Under the pieces are notes generated by a model. That model did no database searches, had not been told where the DNA came from, and saw nothing but the letters and a program-made list of their open reading frames with translations. A DNA stretch of 64,000 nt from Daphnia carinata (Eukaryota), in NCBI RefSeq assembly GCF_022539665.2, contig NC_081333.1:12028001-12092000 (forward strand). The letters run 5' to 3'. The number at the start of each line of letters is the position of its first letter. The stretch's first letter is position 1. A program made the position numbers and the translations under genes. Of the stretch, positions 52,401-64,000 are shown in pieces.

Positions 52401-55400
52401 AATACTGTAATATATTATTTCGGTTTGTTGTTGTTCTTCGAGAAGGAGATGCCGAACGAAAAAAAAAAAACACCTAAAGAAAACGATGATTAAGATGATG
52501 ATGTTTCGGCACCCACCCTTCTCTCTGTATAACCTGTACTCCTAACCCACGTATAGATAAGAGCTCATCATCTTCTGGTTTGAACATGTAACAAAAAAAA
52601 AACAAAAACAAAGGGCAGAGAGAGATGATTCCGATCCTTATATTTATTCCGTCAAAGACGAGGCCACACGCACGCTGCACGCGCCAGGGTACAACAGACT
52701 TGCCGTACCCATCTGAACGATTCACGTAACGTGTTGCGTGAAGAAGGGGGGGGATAAAAAATGTTTAGGAATACGTGAAAGCCCCAGGAAGATCCAGGTG
52801 TGTATATTGCATATTAGATATTGTTCCGTTTTTCTTTGTTGTTTGCATATTTTTATCGTCCCATTCAAATTTTAGTTTTGCGCGGGAGTTTCGTCTTACA
52901 CGGCCGATCGTTTCGCACCTCCCGCGTGTTTTCTTTCTTCCCTTATTTGGGGATTAGGGGAGGGTGATGGTTTTCACGCCAGACCTCCCACCGTCTAGCA
53001 GTTGAGGTAGCAATAAAGAGGCCACAGGTGCGAGAGAAAGAGAGAGATTGAAGACACACAAAGGGAACATGAAGGCATCAGAGATAGATGGAAACGTTAG
53101 GAAGCTGTCACGGCGGCCGACAAAACGCCCCGCGCGCTACCTTGATCAATGGATTTCTAGTTGATGAGCGCGCACAAAGGTATCTTTGGATAGCTTTGAG
53201 AGAGGGAGTCAATCATTTCGACTCTATCTCACCGTGTTCTCCACATTTCTGCGTATAACTATTACAAGAATTTGATTCGAAAGAAAGAACCTACCGTCGT
53301 CAGCGGTTGGTAGATACACACGGATATTTTCCCACCGAAAAGAAAGAATGATTACCGAGAGGGTGAAATCCGATTGGGTTAGACGCTCCCCTATGCGCAG
53401 TGGCTGCGTGATCGCTCATCTCGCTCCGATATGCCTGTCTCGTTGCCTGTCTCCATTTGTTATAGGTCGGCCGCGGGTGTTGGATGACTCCGGCGGGACG
53501 AAAACACAAGAATGTCTTGTATAACGAGCCGCAAAAGCTACTGATATAGTAATATACTTTCCATTTGTCAACCTTCCCACTTCACGACCGCCTCGATTCA
53601 AACGAATATTTTCAAAACTACTAGGAAAAAAAAAAAATAAGAGGAATATTTATTATTATTTTAAAGGATACAAGAAAGCCGCTTTTGCCCGTTATGAATT
53701 AAACAAAAAAAAAAGAGATGGATATATGATTGGATACGTGGAAGACATTCTTGTGTGTGCAGCGTGGAAAATGAGGCATTATGAATAAAACGAACGGAGT
53801 ACAACAATGCGGGGGAAACAAAAAAAAAAAAAAGGAACATCGACCGAATGTAAAAAAAAAAGAAAATTCGGAACCAAACAACAACAAAAACGAATATATT
53901 TTTTTGAAAAAGAAAAATTAATCAAGAATAACAAAAAGGTAATAGATGCGTTAAGGGGAACAAGAAAGAAAAAAAAAATGGGGGCTGCTGGCCAAGATGA
54001 ATAGAGTGTACGCCATCGTATTTATCTTGAGCACAAGAGGAAGATGTTGGTTGGCATCTTTTCTCTCTCTTCTTTTGTGTGTGCGCGAGAGAAAGAGAGA
54101 GTTTTTGTTACGCAACTGGCGCTCAGGTGTAACAACGGACTGCGTACCACTTTGTCATCCAACCTTGTATTAATCTCACAGCATCATACTCTTGCATATA
54201 AACACGTACCTCTATCCTCCAGACTTCTCAATTCCTTACACCGTGTCCCCACTGATGCATCTATCAGCTTCTATTTTTCTCAATTCTCCATTCTTTTTTC
54301 TCTGATCCCTTTCTAGTTCCATTGTGGTATGAATTCTCTTTCTCAGCCGACAGATTTTAACACATTTTCTTTCGTTATTAACAAAAGGTGTTGCTGCTAG
54401 CAAAGAGGAAAGAATAAATGAGCAAGCATTGAAGCATTGATTGAATTGTTGCTCATTTCTCTTCGAACGTATAGGTTACGTTACGCCGTCTAACGTGTTG
54501 AGTGAATTCACACGTTGAAGAACCCCCCGCAGTTTGCGGTTTCTTTTCCCCTTATTTTCTTTCCGATTTTCATTTTACCTTTTTTTTTTTCGGTTAGAAG
54601 GGGAGTTCCCGCTAACACAGATTTTTCATGATCAGCTGGGCATCACTTGGTGTCTATGCACAGAAAAAATCGGTCCTAAAAAAAGGACAGAAGAAGGAAA
54701 GATGAAACCTGATTAAGTGTATAACATTCCAGAAATAAGAGTAATGGTTTTAACTACGCATTCTTCCATAAGTCCATTATTCTGATCTCTAGTTGTTATA
54801 TCTGCCAACGTACGCCGTGAATTACGGCGCCCTGTAATGTATCCTGCTCCTTTTTTTTTTAATCATATACTTATATCGTTCATTAATAGCCCGTAATAAT
54901 CAAGAGAAGTGGGAGAAAAACATGAAGAGAAAGGTATAGAGAACTTAAGGCAAAGATTTACGTGCAGATATGACAGCACGGCCCCAGCTTGTTTTTTTAT
55001 TTTTCAAAGCAATTCCACAACAAAATAGACCAGGTAAAATTCAAATGCTTAAAAAGGAGAAACTATAATGCCGTGCAATTTCGTGAAAAATGGTGTACTA
55101 CAACTGTCGCTACGGCTGAGAGACTCGTCTCGCGTTGGTGGAGTTCTCGCGTGACTCGGTCACGAGCAGCGAATCATTTTCGAGCTCGAAAACAACAATT
55201 TTTAACGAAGAATTTTCTTCACCCACTTGTGGCTGTTGTGTCTCACGATTTCAACCTTGCCCAGTTTATCTCCTTTTTTTTTTCAACCAACCCAAAGAAG
55301 AAACAAGTTGCCAAGTTGCAAGAATTCAATCAAGGTGATCAGTAAATAGCCCCATTTTAATTCGAGCTGATGGCTGGGGAAGTTAACTCAAAAATACAAA

Positions 55401-58400
55401 AATAAAGGCATATAGAAAATTAAGTTGCTCACCTTTTTGGGTGGGCTTGCTCTTCATTTCGCTATGGTAAAGAACAAAAGGGAGGGGGGAATCTCTTCAT
55501 CCCCAATATAGAATTTTTTTTTCTTTTAGGGACCGAGATTAAGGTAGCCTATATACACGTATACCTCTAGTTAGTTAAATATACACTTCCGAGCCGAAAG
55601 AAGGAGGAGATAAGGGGCGGGCGGCTATGAAGGGACGAAGAAAATCAAATTACCGATACGTTTTTTTTTTTTTTTGGAGAAGACGAGTTGTACAAGAACA
55701 ATAGAATTGAAAGAGGGAAGAAAAAAAAAGAATGGAAGTTAAACACAAAAAAAGAGGTAAAAAAAAAATTAAAGGAACAAGGTGAATCAAGTCATTCAAA
55801 AGTGACACACGGGTCGGCCAAGGAAGTCATTCGTTCAGCTTCTTATCGGTATAGATGTACCACCAACTACCTGTGTCTATATGCTGTGGTCTGCGTGTCG
55901 ATGTGATTAGTACCTACCACTAACTGTTGCTCTACATAAGGACAAAGAGTTTCTTCTTTTATATGCACACTCTTTTTTTTTCTCTCTCTCTTTCTCGTTT
56001 ATTTAATTTTTAATTTTTCTATTTTCCCTCTTTTTTTTTTCTCTTCTATACCCCCCAAGTCTTGTTCTATCTTTTTCTGTCGGCCTTTGACTCTTTCTCT
56101 CTCTCTCTTCCTTAGTTTAATTGCGGCAGCGTGAGGGTGGTGAGGAATGTCGGTACCAGGGCGGTTTCTCTTCACCAAGTTCCAAGTTTTTCAAAACAAC
56201 AAAGAAACGAGAGATAATTGGATCGGACCGCGGTTGAATAGACCTGAAAACTTTTTTTTTTTTTTTCGGAAAGTGAAGGCAAGAAAAAAGGATGGCCAGG
56301 GTGTGGGGGAGGTGAAAGGGAAGGCGGGCCCCGGAGTTTGCTGCGGCACCGCTATACACACCGCGCGCGGTGCATGTCCACGGGAAATATTTGTATTAGA
56401 TCTTTCCATTTTATTTTTTTCTTTGGCTTTTTTTTCTATAGTGGAAAATATTGCTTGTGTTTCTTCTTGATTGTCTTTTCCCCCTTTTTCTTTTCACTTC
56501 TGCTGGCGGGGGAGGAAGTCGGAACGCACCACAATACGTATATACATATAATATCTGCTAGTTGGCCGGCCACCCATGACGACCAGCGACGGCCCCAAAA
56601 CATCGGGCGAGAAGAAAAAATAAAAAGATGAGGAAATCAAATGATCAAGGATATTTTTTTTTTTTATTTTTTCGTGAAAGAATATAAAGAAACAGGAGGG
56701 AAAGGCCGAAAGGGGTTAATTGATTTGTCAGACCGCATACTAAGACTATTTAGTAATCTTGATATTGTTTTTGGTAACCCACCGCTAGTCACTATGTTAT
56801 TTTCAATGTCCTTTCTAACCGAACACCTCACTGAAAAAGAGATTGAGTTAGATTTTGTTTGATTTTGCCAAAAAAAAACGCTTAATTCATTTAAATAATG
56901 AGATTGAACAGTTGAGCTGTCTTCAAATTCAGGGCGGAATGTTTCAACTGACCCCGATCGAGTCTATGAATGTGTCTGGGAACGTTGAAAAACATGATGG
57001 AAACTCACCATGTCCTTGTTTCTTTTTTTTTTTGTGTATTCATTATGCAATTCAGTTGAAGATCATTCATTCCAAAAAAGATAAATAAATACACGTTTTT
57101 TTTATTATTATCGAAAAAAAAGAGAGTCCAGGTGTATAATGTGGCACCTTCCTGAGAGAGCTAATTAGTCGGCGTCTCCGGATCTTACACTAATTTAAAT
57201 ATTCATTACCTCTTTCTTTTTTTAATCCGTTTGAAATAAAAATATGTATCTCGCCTTTCATAGTGGGAAAGATAAAACGAAAAGTTCTTTAACAACTGGT
57301 TTTCTTATTTATTGCATAGAGTATCTCTTGTATTTTTCTTTTAATTCGAGTACTCAGAGGTCCCTCTAATATATCATTTGGCTTCATGGGTCGTATATTA
57401 TAAGCCTGTGTTAACTTATGCTAAGCACGCTGACCAAAGGAAAGCTGTCTGAACTCCATTCCCGGGTGTGTGTGTGTATGTGTGTATCTCGTTTTTTATC
57501 TGTTGGAGACATCCATCAACAAGGAAAGGAGGGGGGAAAAAAAATCTGAACTTAATGTCGAGAGATATCATTTTTATTATAATGAATGTTATGGGACGTA
57601 TAATTCTTTTTTTTTTTTTTTCTAAAAGAAGAAGAAGCAGGAAAAAAATTGACACGTGACGCATTCCTTTTGTTTGATGAGCGTATCGGAGAAGTCAAAG
57701 TCGATCCATTTGCTGGCAGAATTTCGCTGTTAAAACAGGAGACATCACGACACGCACTTTCGTGTTTGCCTTGAATAGAGTTACGAAATAATGAATGGGA
57801 ACGTTTGATATACCTTGGCAGCCCTCGGCGTAGATTATGATCTGTAACAAGAAATCAAACAGCGAACTATAACAAAGGTGACAAGATGTTGAAGAGAGAA
57901 AAAAAAAAAACAAGAAGGTCGGAAATAATTAATTTAAAGAGAAGCACATTCAGGCGTGTTTATGAATGTCGCTGTTTATTTAGTTAACTGATGTCCTTCT
58001 TTTTTTTTTTTTTTTAAGAATAGCATTATATAAAACTTGTTTTGTAATACGAGATGATCGTAATCTGTAGCCGGTTTCTACGGCATTTAAAAACAACCAA
58101 ATAAAAACTTAGCTAATCAAGTTTTAAAAAGAAATCAACCGACTCACGCCATCGACCATGACAAGTCAATATCACCATTTTCCTTTTTTTTTTTTGGTAG
58201 TATTATAATGACTATAATATACGTTAAAAACATAAAGGCTCTATTGAAGGCAAAGATGTTATATGCAATAGCCCTTGAAATAGACGTGGGTGGGCATTTC
58301 CCTCTTCTCTCTCTAATATCTTAAACTATTTCAATTTTTTTTTCGTTTATATTCTATTCTTGTTGTACATTTTTTTTTCTTTCGAAATATTCAATGTCTT

Positions 58401-61400
58401 CATGTAAACAAAGGCGAGCTCGCATTATGTACGAGAAAGAGAGCGAAACACAAAAAGTCGGCTCGAATTTCTTCCTTTTTCTTATGTCAAATATACCGCC
58501 CCTCCCTTTTTCCTCCTCTCAATGCTCTTCATCCTTGATCGCTTCCGATCAGATTCAGAGAAAACCACTTTAACGCCGTCACAAAGATGACGGTGATCTT
58601 TTTCTTTTTTTCGTCCTTAAAAAAAAAAATAGTTCTCTATTCGTCTTTAAACACATCTCCTTAAATAAACAAGGACGACGCTCTAAACCCAATTCTTGGA
58701 CGAGTGGCATCTATTATGGGCTTAAACAAAAGGGAAAAGCTTGTGAAAATGGGGCAGCCAACAATCATCCACTTAGACGAAGAAGAGGCCCTTTTTTTTT
58801 TAATATACGTCATCATTGCGGAGAGAAATGAAGACATCAGCCCAAACCAATTGCGAACAGGCATTTCTCTGCTGGGCCATGTGCCGTCAATTTTTCTTAT
58901 TTGTTTTTACGAGATGGGTTATAGTAAAAACGTGTGCAACGTTAAACGAAAGTGCGTACACGTTCAAACACGATAACGCGTTCGTGAATGGTTCACCCGC
59001 TTCGTTAGGATTTGATCACTTGTTATTCGACACGTGATTTTCATTGCAGGGCAAAGTCTATTTTTTTGTTTTTAATGGATTAGAAAATTAAATCGATTGT
59101 AGGTAGACATAGAGGATAACAATAGAAGGACAAACAATATCAAGATGCGTATTGTGATGATACAAACACGGAGGCGAAACGAAAGCACTTTCTTTTGTCT
59201 CTCGGCGTATCATCAGCGGAACAAAAGACCCTCCGGTTTGCAAGTTATTTCGCTTCTTTGTCTATAACGGGATGGAGTATAGTAGACATTGTAGACGTAC
59301 TCTATACAAAGAGATAATAGAGTCAAAATGTAATGTAGCTCTTGTTGTAGTCGTGTTCACTGTTGGACACGGCAACAAGCCGAAAATCAAAAAGAATTAG
59401 AAACAAAACAATAATGGGACATTTCATTGTTTCTCAAAAACTATTGGACTGAGGAAAAATGAAAGTCGCATACGCAAACAGGAGAATAAAATTCTGGTTA
59501 TGAATATTTCTCAATTTTCCCAGAATTTGTTGCCGTTCTCATATTGTAAATTAGCTTTATTGCGTAACCGCCAAAGGTATCAATCAAACGTATTACCTGG
59601 AAAACCATGAAACGAATCGCCATTCCACTTTGCAACAGCAGCTTTCGAAAAAAAAGTGACATTCCGCGTCATTGTCACTGCCGGAATTGTAGATTACAAA
59701 TAGAAGGACACATGTTACGAGCTACGACAAGGTGGGATTGCTCGTAAAAGACAAAAAAAAAAAAAAGAAAAACTATTTACTTGGTAGCCAATTTAGCGGT
59801 ACGGTGGTATTATGACTCTAATACAAGTTGATCCAACCCTCCTAAACATTCGAAAATGTTATTCCGTTTAAAGCAGCTGTGCAGAATCGCTGGAGCAGCC
59901 AACAACATCACTATGCATTATTCTAGATTCTTACGTTTTATTATGATATCCTTTTTATTGGTTTGATGTGCCCAAACAATCCCCGCATATTGAGAGATTT
60001 CAGTATGCAGCCCTTCAAACTTGTTAAAATGTCAGCCCCAACTGAAACATTATTTGTCAATCAAGGACGATGAAAGAGTTCCTCTTTCCTTCGAACATCA
60101 CCTACCCCCGTTGGTGTAAACAACGCCGCGCAATCGTACAGCAGGCATCTAAACAAGCAACATGGTCGAGTGGCTCTTGTTCGATATGGTGCCTTCATGG
60201 CTTGCGTCTGATGATATATTATACACTTATCCATGTAACATAACATGTTTATATAAAAAGATACACAAAACGGATAGAATTTTATGAAAAAGGGCGTTTC
60301 TTTTTGAATTTTACTTGGCAAGAGCGACTGGCAGGCTCATGTTGCGTGTCGTATTATTACATTAGACTTGCCATCCCTACACAGAAATAAAAGGGGGTGG
60401 GGGCCGCATATTTTGTCCACGGAGATTGCCATCAGTTTGGCTTTTCCATTGCAATTGGCCTCTCCGATTTATTTATTTTTTTCCGAATATCAGCTGGACC
60501 GCCATTGTTGCATAGTATCGAATGTGTCTCTTATCGCTTAATGAGACGATCTGAAGCTCGTGTTACACCGGCTGGCAGGGCTTTTTGCCCTCGAGTTTTT
60601 ATGTCCAACGGTTCCACAGGTGATCGAATTACACAGACGGCCCATTCGGCAAGGGCGGTGACATTTGATTTCGAATGAAAACGGAATGCATTTTTTTTTT
60701 TTTGGCGAGCGATCGGGCTGATGCCAATCGGTCAAAGTTGTCGTCATAAATGAAGCTGCGCGATCGACTTTCCATACTTGGATGGTTGGAGACAACAAAA
60801 GAATGTGTCCGTTCCAATGGCTGTTGTCCGTGTTTGCCCACAGCTAATGCCAAAATCAATACACAGACATGTCGGGGTCCGAGTTCTTTGCCTCCTTTCT
60901 GTGTGACTTTTTGTGTTTTTCTCGTCTTGAAATGTGTTTGTCGAGAGACATCAACGTCTGAAGAACAAAAAGCTATAAGAAGGAAATTCTTCCGACGAGA
61001 TTGCGTCAATATTTACTCAACTTATCTGTGAGTACACACGCACGTATGCGGAACAGATTCAATGACCGTTGGGCCGACCCGAGAATGGGCCACATTTCTC
61101 TTTGGCTCATGCGTTTGCATAGTTTTATTGCGATGCCAACGCCGACCGACGAAGTATGAGGACATTATAACGCAATATCGATTCAATAAAGGTTAATTCA
61201 TTAGTAAAACATCTTCCAATCCATCACTGTCTAAATAAATCAAACAAGTTTTTGAAGTACAAACCATTTTTTTTTTTTTAGATTTTGATGTTGTTTAAAA
61301 TCTTTTGGCGGTTTGTTGTGATTACAGTGTCATATTTATCGCACTTTGGATTGCTCCCTAGCGATTGATCGGAAAATACGATTGTCCATATGTTCCCACG

Positions 61401-64000
61401 GTATTCAACCGAGCAAAGGTCATTTTATGTGGATAACCATCCACTGCTTTTCCCCTATCTCTTTCCTATCTTCCATCGGTGCCGACAACATACTTCAAGA
61501 AAACCTTTCCAAGCAAAAAAAAAAGGTGCACAAAAATCAATGTCCATCCCGATGTTTGGGTTGTTTTTAAAATTTGATTCAACAAACTAATAAACAAGGG
61601 CATGAATACATGAGGTATACCCACCCACGTAGAGAAGTAATAATAAAAACTTGAAGCAATCAGAAATGAAATAAACGTAGAACAATCGTCGATACGATTC
61701 GGGCAGAGGAACAATCCGGCGAAACGTACGAGAAATCCATCGGCATTGTAAAAAAAAAAAAAGAAAGAAACACATCCATAGGAAAGAAAGAACGCCATCA
61801 TGTCTGGCACGTACGTGGCAAAGGTGAGCTGCAAAAGGTAAAAGATTGTCGTGAGAGGGACAAATGGGGCTGGCTGAGAGGGAGGTTTGAAAAAAAAAAG
61901 ATGCGCGCGAGCCTCTTCCTATATAACGGTGATAGTGGAACGCGGCAGCGCTAGAATATATATTTTTTTTTTTCGTTGTTGTCATCTTACCTTTCTAACC
62001 TATTTTTTTTTTCTCGACGTCTCGCTAATGAACTTGTCTAGCGATATGAAAACACAGGAGGCGGAGGCTTCCGTCCTGCGCGCTGTGTGTCCGACAGAGC
62101 CAAGGGATGTAAGGGCGGCTTGTCCTTTTTGCTACATTCCCCTCGTCGACGCGAAGTTTTTATTTCTTTTATTTTTGTGTTGTTCTTAGATTAGAGTTTC
62201 TCAAAATGTTAAACTGTTTTCTTTAAACAAAAAAAAAAAAAAAAAGCAAAACAACCTACTTATGATTCCTTTAGCCGTGTTTGACGGCAAGACGTCGCTA
62301 TACGCAAGGACCCCGGAATTCTTCCACAAGCATGAAACAAAACAAAAATATATGTATCCGGAAATTTACTATGAGATGATGCGTGTGAACGAGTAACTCA
62401 GTGCCGAGTCAACATCAAAAGTATATATGTACATTGTCGGCAAGCAAATCAGACGAACGTTGGACGCCGGCGTAAAGGAGAGAGGGGGTTTTCAAAGGGA
62501 AAAGAGAATTGTTTAACACGGTGCTTATTTATTTATTTTTTTCTTAGCGCTCTAGATGACCGTGGGAGTGTATTTTAACTTATCGATGGCTTGGAGTTTT
62601 TTTTTTTCAGCGCACGTAAGGGACGTACGAGAAATATGTCAATAGCTTTCAAGGGAATACTCAATTTTCTATCGCTGACGTACTCGTCCATTCGGCACAA
62701 GAGGCTACACTCTGAAAAAAAAAAACGTAGCATTTCTATCTTTTATCTATATAATTACCTGGCAATTTGCCAATAGGGTAGTAGAGGAGTGGTTCCCTGT
62801 TCTTTTTTTTTTTTTTTTTTAACCTTCCTTCTCTTCAACTTCTCGGGGGCTCTTCCCCCCTAACCGAAAAAAAAAAAAAGTGGCAGGTTCAAACGACCGA
62901 CTTAAAGAAAAAGAAATAATATCTACCACTCTATACTCGTCTGTACTCTCCGGAGCAAAAGCCTTCCCCACTTCTCACCACCTTCAAAACCAAAGCGTCT
63001 CCGCCATCATTCACACCTTTGGTTCTCACGCTCGCCAACTATTCGGAGAGGATGCCATCAACACAAGAATCATCCGCTGATGGATCAAAAGGATCGTCTA
63101 TCTCTCAGCATCTCGAGGGCGCACACCTAGTTGTTGAAGAGCCTCCTCTTTTTTTTTCTCCATCCATTACCTGATGGAATATTTTTTTTCTCTCTTATTT
63201 CTTTGTCCCACTTTCTTACTCTACTCTCTTCTAAAAAAAAAAATCAACGTTTTTCCCAAAAGAGTTTTATTTCATTTTATTTTTTGTTGTTCGACTGCGA
63301 AATGGAAAGGATCGTTTACATTTTAAAAATTTCAAAAAACAAAAAGAAAGGGAGAGAAAATAAATACAGTAGAGAATGTAGCAATAGTATGTTGGCTCCA
63401 TATAAACTTGATCGAGTGTCTCTGGAGAGAAAGAAAAATGACTGGACGTATATATATATATATATATATTAGTGGCTGGTTGCTATGGAACCTCCATACG
63501 GGTAGATAGATACACAGTAAATTGCGCCATGGCTAAAGAAACGAAAAAAAAAAAAGAATTGCTTGGAGGCTCCGTGTTAATTAAAAGTAGAATTTACAAC
63601 GACAATAATTGAGCCGCGGGGACTTTTTTTTTCTGGGTAGCAAAAAAAAAAAAAATAATAATTTAAAGATGAATATGTATACACAGGCATATAATAATTC
63701 GAGAAAGAGTGGGGGAAACCAAAGTGTTGGTCGAGCTCCGAGAAGAAGTAATTCACGTCTAGGTTCTATTTTTTATTGCGGAAGGTTGGTTCTATTATTT
63801 TGATAAAACGCCATGTTTGCGTTGGTATATTTCAAGCTCTCTTAAAAAAAGAAAAAGGGAGGAAATTAAAGAATAACAAAAGAATAAAGAACGAGCCTCG
63901 TTCTTCTCAATGACGCTTGCTTCTAAAACTCTACAAGAGAGAAAAAGAGAAACAAAAAAAAAAAAAATAGTCAATTAGAATGTTGAGGGACTCCAAGAGG
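46409..64000. other. Noncoding gene desert, probable cis-regulatory landscape
   Basis: No recognisable protein or in-phase exon chain in 17.6 kb. Rich in homopolymers and GA/TA/GT microsatellites. Confidence 0.6.
49577..49585 (+). promoter_or_regulatory. Consensus Ci/Gli binding site GACCACCCA
   Basis: Exact match to the Gli/Ci consensus. Function not shown. Confidence 0.4.

Overview
Eukaryotic, intron-rich animal DNA. Introns of about 55-70 nt, very compact genes and long A/T homopolymers in noncoding DNA suggest a branchiopod crustacean such as Daphnia (inference). Layout: (1) 1-17.4 kb is most likely the first intron of a minus-strand type II transmembrane collagen (MACIT, collagen XIII/XXIII/XXV-like); it contains a composite repeat with two divergent tRNA-like Pol III heads. 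(2) 19.4-39.1 kb is a dense housekeeping block: ppan, PTC7, LTA4H, CTU2, eIF2beta, an unrecognised 8-exon membrane-protein gene, CPSF160 and HAUS4. (3) 39.4-40.6 kb is a foldback/MITE-like element. (4) 42.5-46.4 kb is a Wnt9 gene that keeps its lipidation serine but has lost the index-finger WCC motif and carries a ~100-aa basic insertion. (5) 46.4-64 kb is a gene desert with several Ci/Gli-type sites. All ten genes alternate strand. I see no CRISPR, rRNA or prokaryote-type system. The best novelty candidates are the altered Wnt9, the twin tRNA-headed element, the orphan TM+NLS gene and a possible intronic H/ACA RNA. Gene identities come from recognising motifs by eye, not from database searches.
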